Source: Styela clava (taxonomy: Eukaryota). From it: a stretch of DNA of 64,000 nt. Every line of letters starts with the position of its first letter. Positions within the stretch are counted from its first letter, which is position 1. The notes beneath the pieces were generated by a model. It had not been told where the DNA came from and searched no databases. It saw only the letters and a program-made list of their open reading frames with translations. Positions 61,801 to 64,000 of this stretch are shown one piece after another. The position numbers and the translations under genes are program-made. Where the stretch lies: NCBI RefSeq assembly GCF_964204865.1, contig NC_135252.1, forward strand, positions 17,112,001-17,176,000, in the 5' to 3' direction.

Positions 61801-63777
61801 TGTGTAATATGCAAAACCAAGCAATAGTTTAACAAGAATATCGGTCGAAGACTGAAGAATTATCGATCGAAACTGCGGTTTCGATTCATGACTCTATAGT
61901 GACACCGCGTGTCCCATCACTAATTAATTAATAACTCGCAAATTATATGACATAATTCATCCAAAATCAATAGGCTTCTGGTCCGAGATATGATGAATCA
62001 AATGCAAAATTTTGAGCAGATTCACGCCTTCGTGAGATATCGCGTGCATCTAACAGACAGACAGACAAATACCTATCAACATACTTACCGATCTAAAAAT
62101 CGATAAGTAATAAACTTGAAATACAATCACAATTATCTGGACAACAAACATTTTTCTCAAGTTACCCATTCCAATTCAAATTCCGTCAAAGTTCTGAAGG
62201 TCAGTTCAATATCATTGGTATTTTCATCTTCTTTTTGTACATTGGGACGTTGATTGAATCTAGTAGGAACATCACACGATAACGAATGTCTTCTATCAAA
62301 CTTTTCATTGTCATCAACGCCGTGTCCATCCCAAATCATTTTTACAGCTTTTGAACTTGTATTTTGTTCTTTTAAAATAAATGTTAGGCACAGAAATCGA
62401 TTTGACGAGTGAACCAAAAATAAATAGTAAACGAGAATATCGGTCAGAGGCCGAAGACTTACTCCATAGTGACACCTTGTGTCCCATCACTAATTAATCA
62501 ATAACTCGCTAATTATACGACATAATTCATCCAAAATCAATAGGCTTCTGGTACGACATATGATGAATGCACATGCAAAATCTGGAGCAGATTCAATCTC
62601 GCTTTCGTGAGATATCGTGTGCATCTAACAGACAGACAGACAAACAAACAGACAGACAAATACCTATCAACATACTTACCGATTAAAATCGATAGGTAAA
62701 AACTTATGGCAACACAAAACCTGACATCTTTAAATATGACAGGTATATTTCATCAAGCGACAAGTCGATGCAAAAAACTTGTTTTCAAGAATAAAGCTAA
62801 AATACCCAAAGCAGTGGCTGCTCTCCCAGAGCTGTGAAGTAGAGTCTGAGGAAACTCACATACGACCCAGGTTTCAGGACGGTTAGGAAAAAGAACTATC
62901 GCTTAAGAGTCGGACTCTGTGACTTAATAATAACAAAAACTTTGGCACATGAATACCATTTTCAATGAATCGGTAAAACGCTTGGTACAATTAATGCTGT
63001 TTGAGTTTTAGCTCGACTTATTACTTTTCGATCTTAAGATCGGTAAGTATGTTGATAGGTATTTGTTTGTTTGTCTGTTAGATGCACGCGATATCTCACA
63101 AAAGCGAGGTTCAATCTGCTCAAAATTTTGCATGTGCATTCATCATAGCTCGGATAAGAAGCCTATTGATTTTGGATGGATTATGTTGTATAATTAGCGA
63201 ATTATTAATTAATTAGTGATTGGACACTTGGTGTCACTATGGAGTAAGACCACTGTTTTGGGGGATCCCCTAACCTTCGATCGATAAGTCTTCGGTTTCC
63301 AACCGAATCCTAGTTTTATCACCATTGAAAATTTGCAAGTTTCATTACAAATTCCGGGTAATACGACTCCGACACACGCTAAACTCCGACTATAAATGGT
63401 TTAAAACGACAAATTCCAGAATATTTTATTCCACAATACTTTTCATCAGTATCATGAATAAGAACTTGGTGTTAAATTTTCAAATCAGATTTGTGAATAT
63501 TTTTCTTTTCTCAGTTCTCGATGTTTAACGCTCAATATTGAAAAATTTATCATTGCCGCTAATAAAAACTATCATAACCAGCAATTAATATTTTATTTAG
63601 GCCTCAAAACTTTGCTGGGCGCAGTGATGTAGTGGTATTATAGTGCACGACATAACCGTGTAAAGTATATAAAGTTGCTATATAAAAATCATTACCTGAA
63701 AACAGTCTCTGTTCTTGTATTGTATATTCTTTCAATTTATTTAACAATATGTTGAATATTCCACTATCATGGAGGAT
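49843..63777 (-). CDS. ARMC5: Armadillo repeat-containing protein 5-like (BTB domain); 5' part lies beyond the window
   Basis: Exons translate to TFRTLTEFELEW|..SPQWSP (compare human SFRSLRSWL..SPDWSP), RIIDRLTSCPDCF (compare RILSRLTCNPACL), SVYGANTLKRMITKG (compare SPFGVGALTHLLLSG) and the BTB segment ESTEKKVTIRDVLYDAALYIIHNMYGC (compare [27 protein letters not shown]). Approximate exons 63777-63696, 62368-62166, 61320-61140, 60496-60382, 60000-59898, 59239-59133, 58901-58838, 57099-57006, 56246-56110, 55656-55322, 54606-54462, 53718-53585, 53299-53192, 52468-52196, 51941-51840, 51407-51250, 50824-50701, 50418-49843. Confidence 0.8.
50928..51142 (-). mobile_element. MITE family A, copy 5
   Basis: Reverse complement of 4397-4610. 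Confidence 0.82.
53900..54081 (-). mobile_element. MITE family A, copy 6 (truncated)
   Basis: Reverse complement of 4397-4610, lacking the TTAGGG block and one end. Confidence 0.8.
56611..56846. mobile_element. MITE family B (long TIRs, GG termini, 8-bp TSD), copy 1
   Basis: Long TIRs gctcccgaagtatgcgaaccaagatggcggacatc..; perfect TSD ccttatat; near-identical to 59533-59768. Confidence 0.92.
57404..58647. mobile_element. 1.24 kb non-autonomous TIR DNA transposon flanked by TA
   Basis: ta|ggaatgttacaaaa ... ttttgtaacatacc|ta; CpG-richer than the host intron; no transposase ORF. Confidence 0.7.
59533..59768. mobile_element. MITE family B, copy 2
   Basis: Near-identical to 56611-56846; TSD caaatttg/catgtttg. 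Confidence 0.92.
60522..60835 (-). mobile_element. HINE/DINE-1-like Helentron-associated element
   Basis: About 300 bp shared with 61831, 62429 and 63020; (ACAG/ACAA)n microsatellite, terminal inverted repeat, terminal stem-loop ggtcagagacc, A/T-rich insertion site. Confidence 0.8.
61831..62110 (-). mobile_element. HINE/DINE-1-like element
   Basis: Copy of 60522-60835. Confidence 0.8.
62429..62699 (-). mobile_element. HINE/DINE-1-like element
   Basis: Copy of 60522-60835 with a longer (ACAG)n tract. Confidence 0.8.
63020..63317 (+). mobile_element. HINE/DINE-1-like element, inverted relative to the three preceding copies
   Basis: 5' inverted repeat ttactt..cgatcttaagatcggtaag, (TTTG/TCTG)n, 3' hairpin ttcggtt-tcc-aaccgaa followed by ctagtttt. 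Confidence 0.8.
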
Positions 63778-64000
63778 CTATAAAAGCAGTATGTTTATCA
63801 TCCAGCTGGTAAGAAAGCTATAATACAAGATGATTGAAACTTAATCAAAAGGGACAAATTGAAATTGAAATAATTTAAATATTTTCAGTTTCCGAATTCA
63901 TATCGCTGGATAATTTGAAATTTGCATTTCATTTTAATTCTGAACAACTTACTGCAGTGTTTCCAAACCAAGGCGGATTCCTCTCCAACTTTGTTTTTTT

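Noticed and set aside
60522-62699. Regularly recurring repeats as a CRISPR-like array
   Set aside because: They are ~300 bp interspersed transposon copies in eukaryotic introns with irregular spacing.

Overview
AT-rich, intron-rich animal genomic DNA with compact genes. An invertebrate chordate such as an ascidian is my best guess from gene density, degenerate splice donors and repeat content; this is inference only. Gene order: MORC2 (+, about 23 exons), RPL34 (-), a tetraspanin (-), a type-B carboxylesterase (-), two tandem intronless aminoacylase-1 genes (+), about 7 kb with no long ORF but several exon-like segments, intronless HAUS7 (+), MGME1 (+), and ARMC5 (-, runs off the right end). 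Introns and intergenic DNA carry non-autonomous elements: GG-ended MITEs with 8-bp TSDs and TTAGGG motifs (Merlin-like), hAT/Charlie-type MITEs, Helentron-type HINEs, a SINE-like family and a 1.24 kb TA-flanked TIR element. Most notable observations: (1) the carboxylesterase has no signal peptide or ER-retention tail, ends in a PTS1 (ARL) and has a possible upstream mitochondrial presequence; (2) the HAUS7-MGME1 and ACY1-ACY1 pairs look operon-like; (3) RPL34 has a structured candidate poison exon; (4) there may be an orphan multi-exon tail-anchored gene at 37.6-41.9 kb. Exon boundaries were read by eye and may be off by a few bases. No prokaryotic features or CRISPR arrays were seen.
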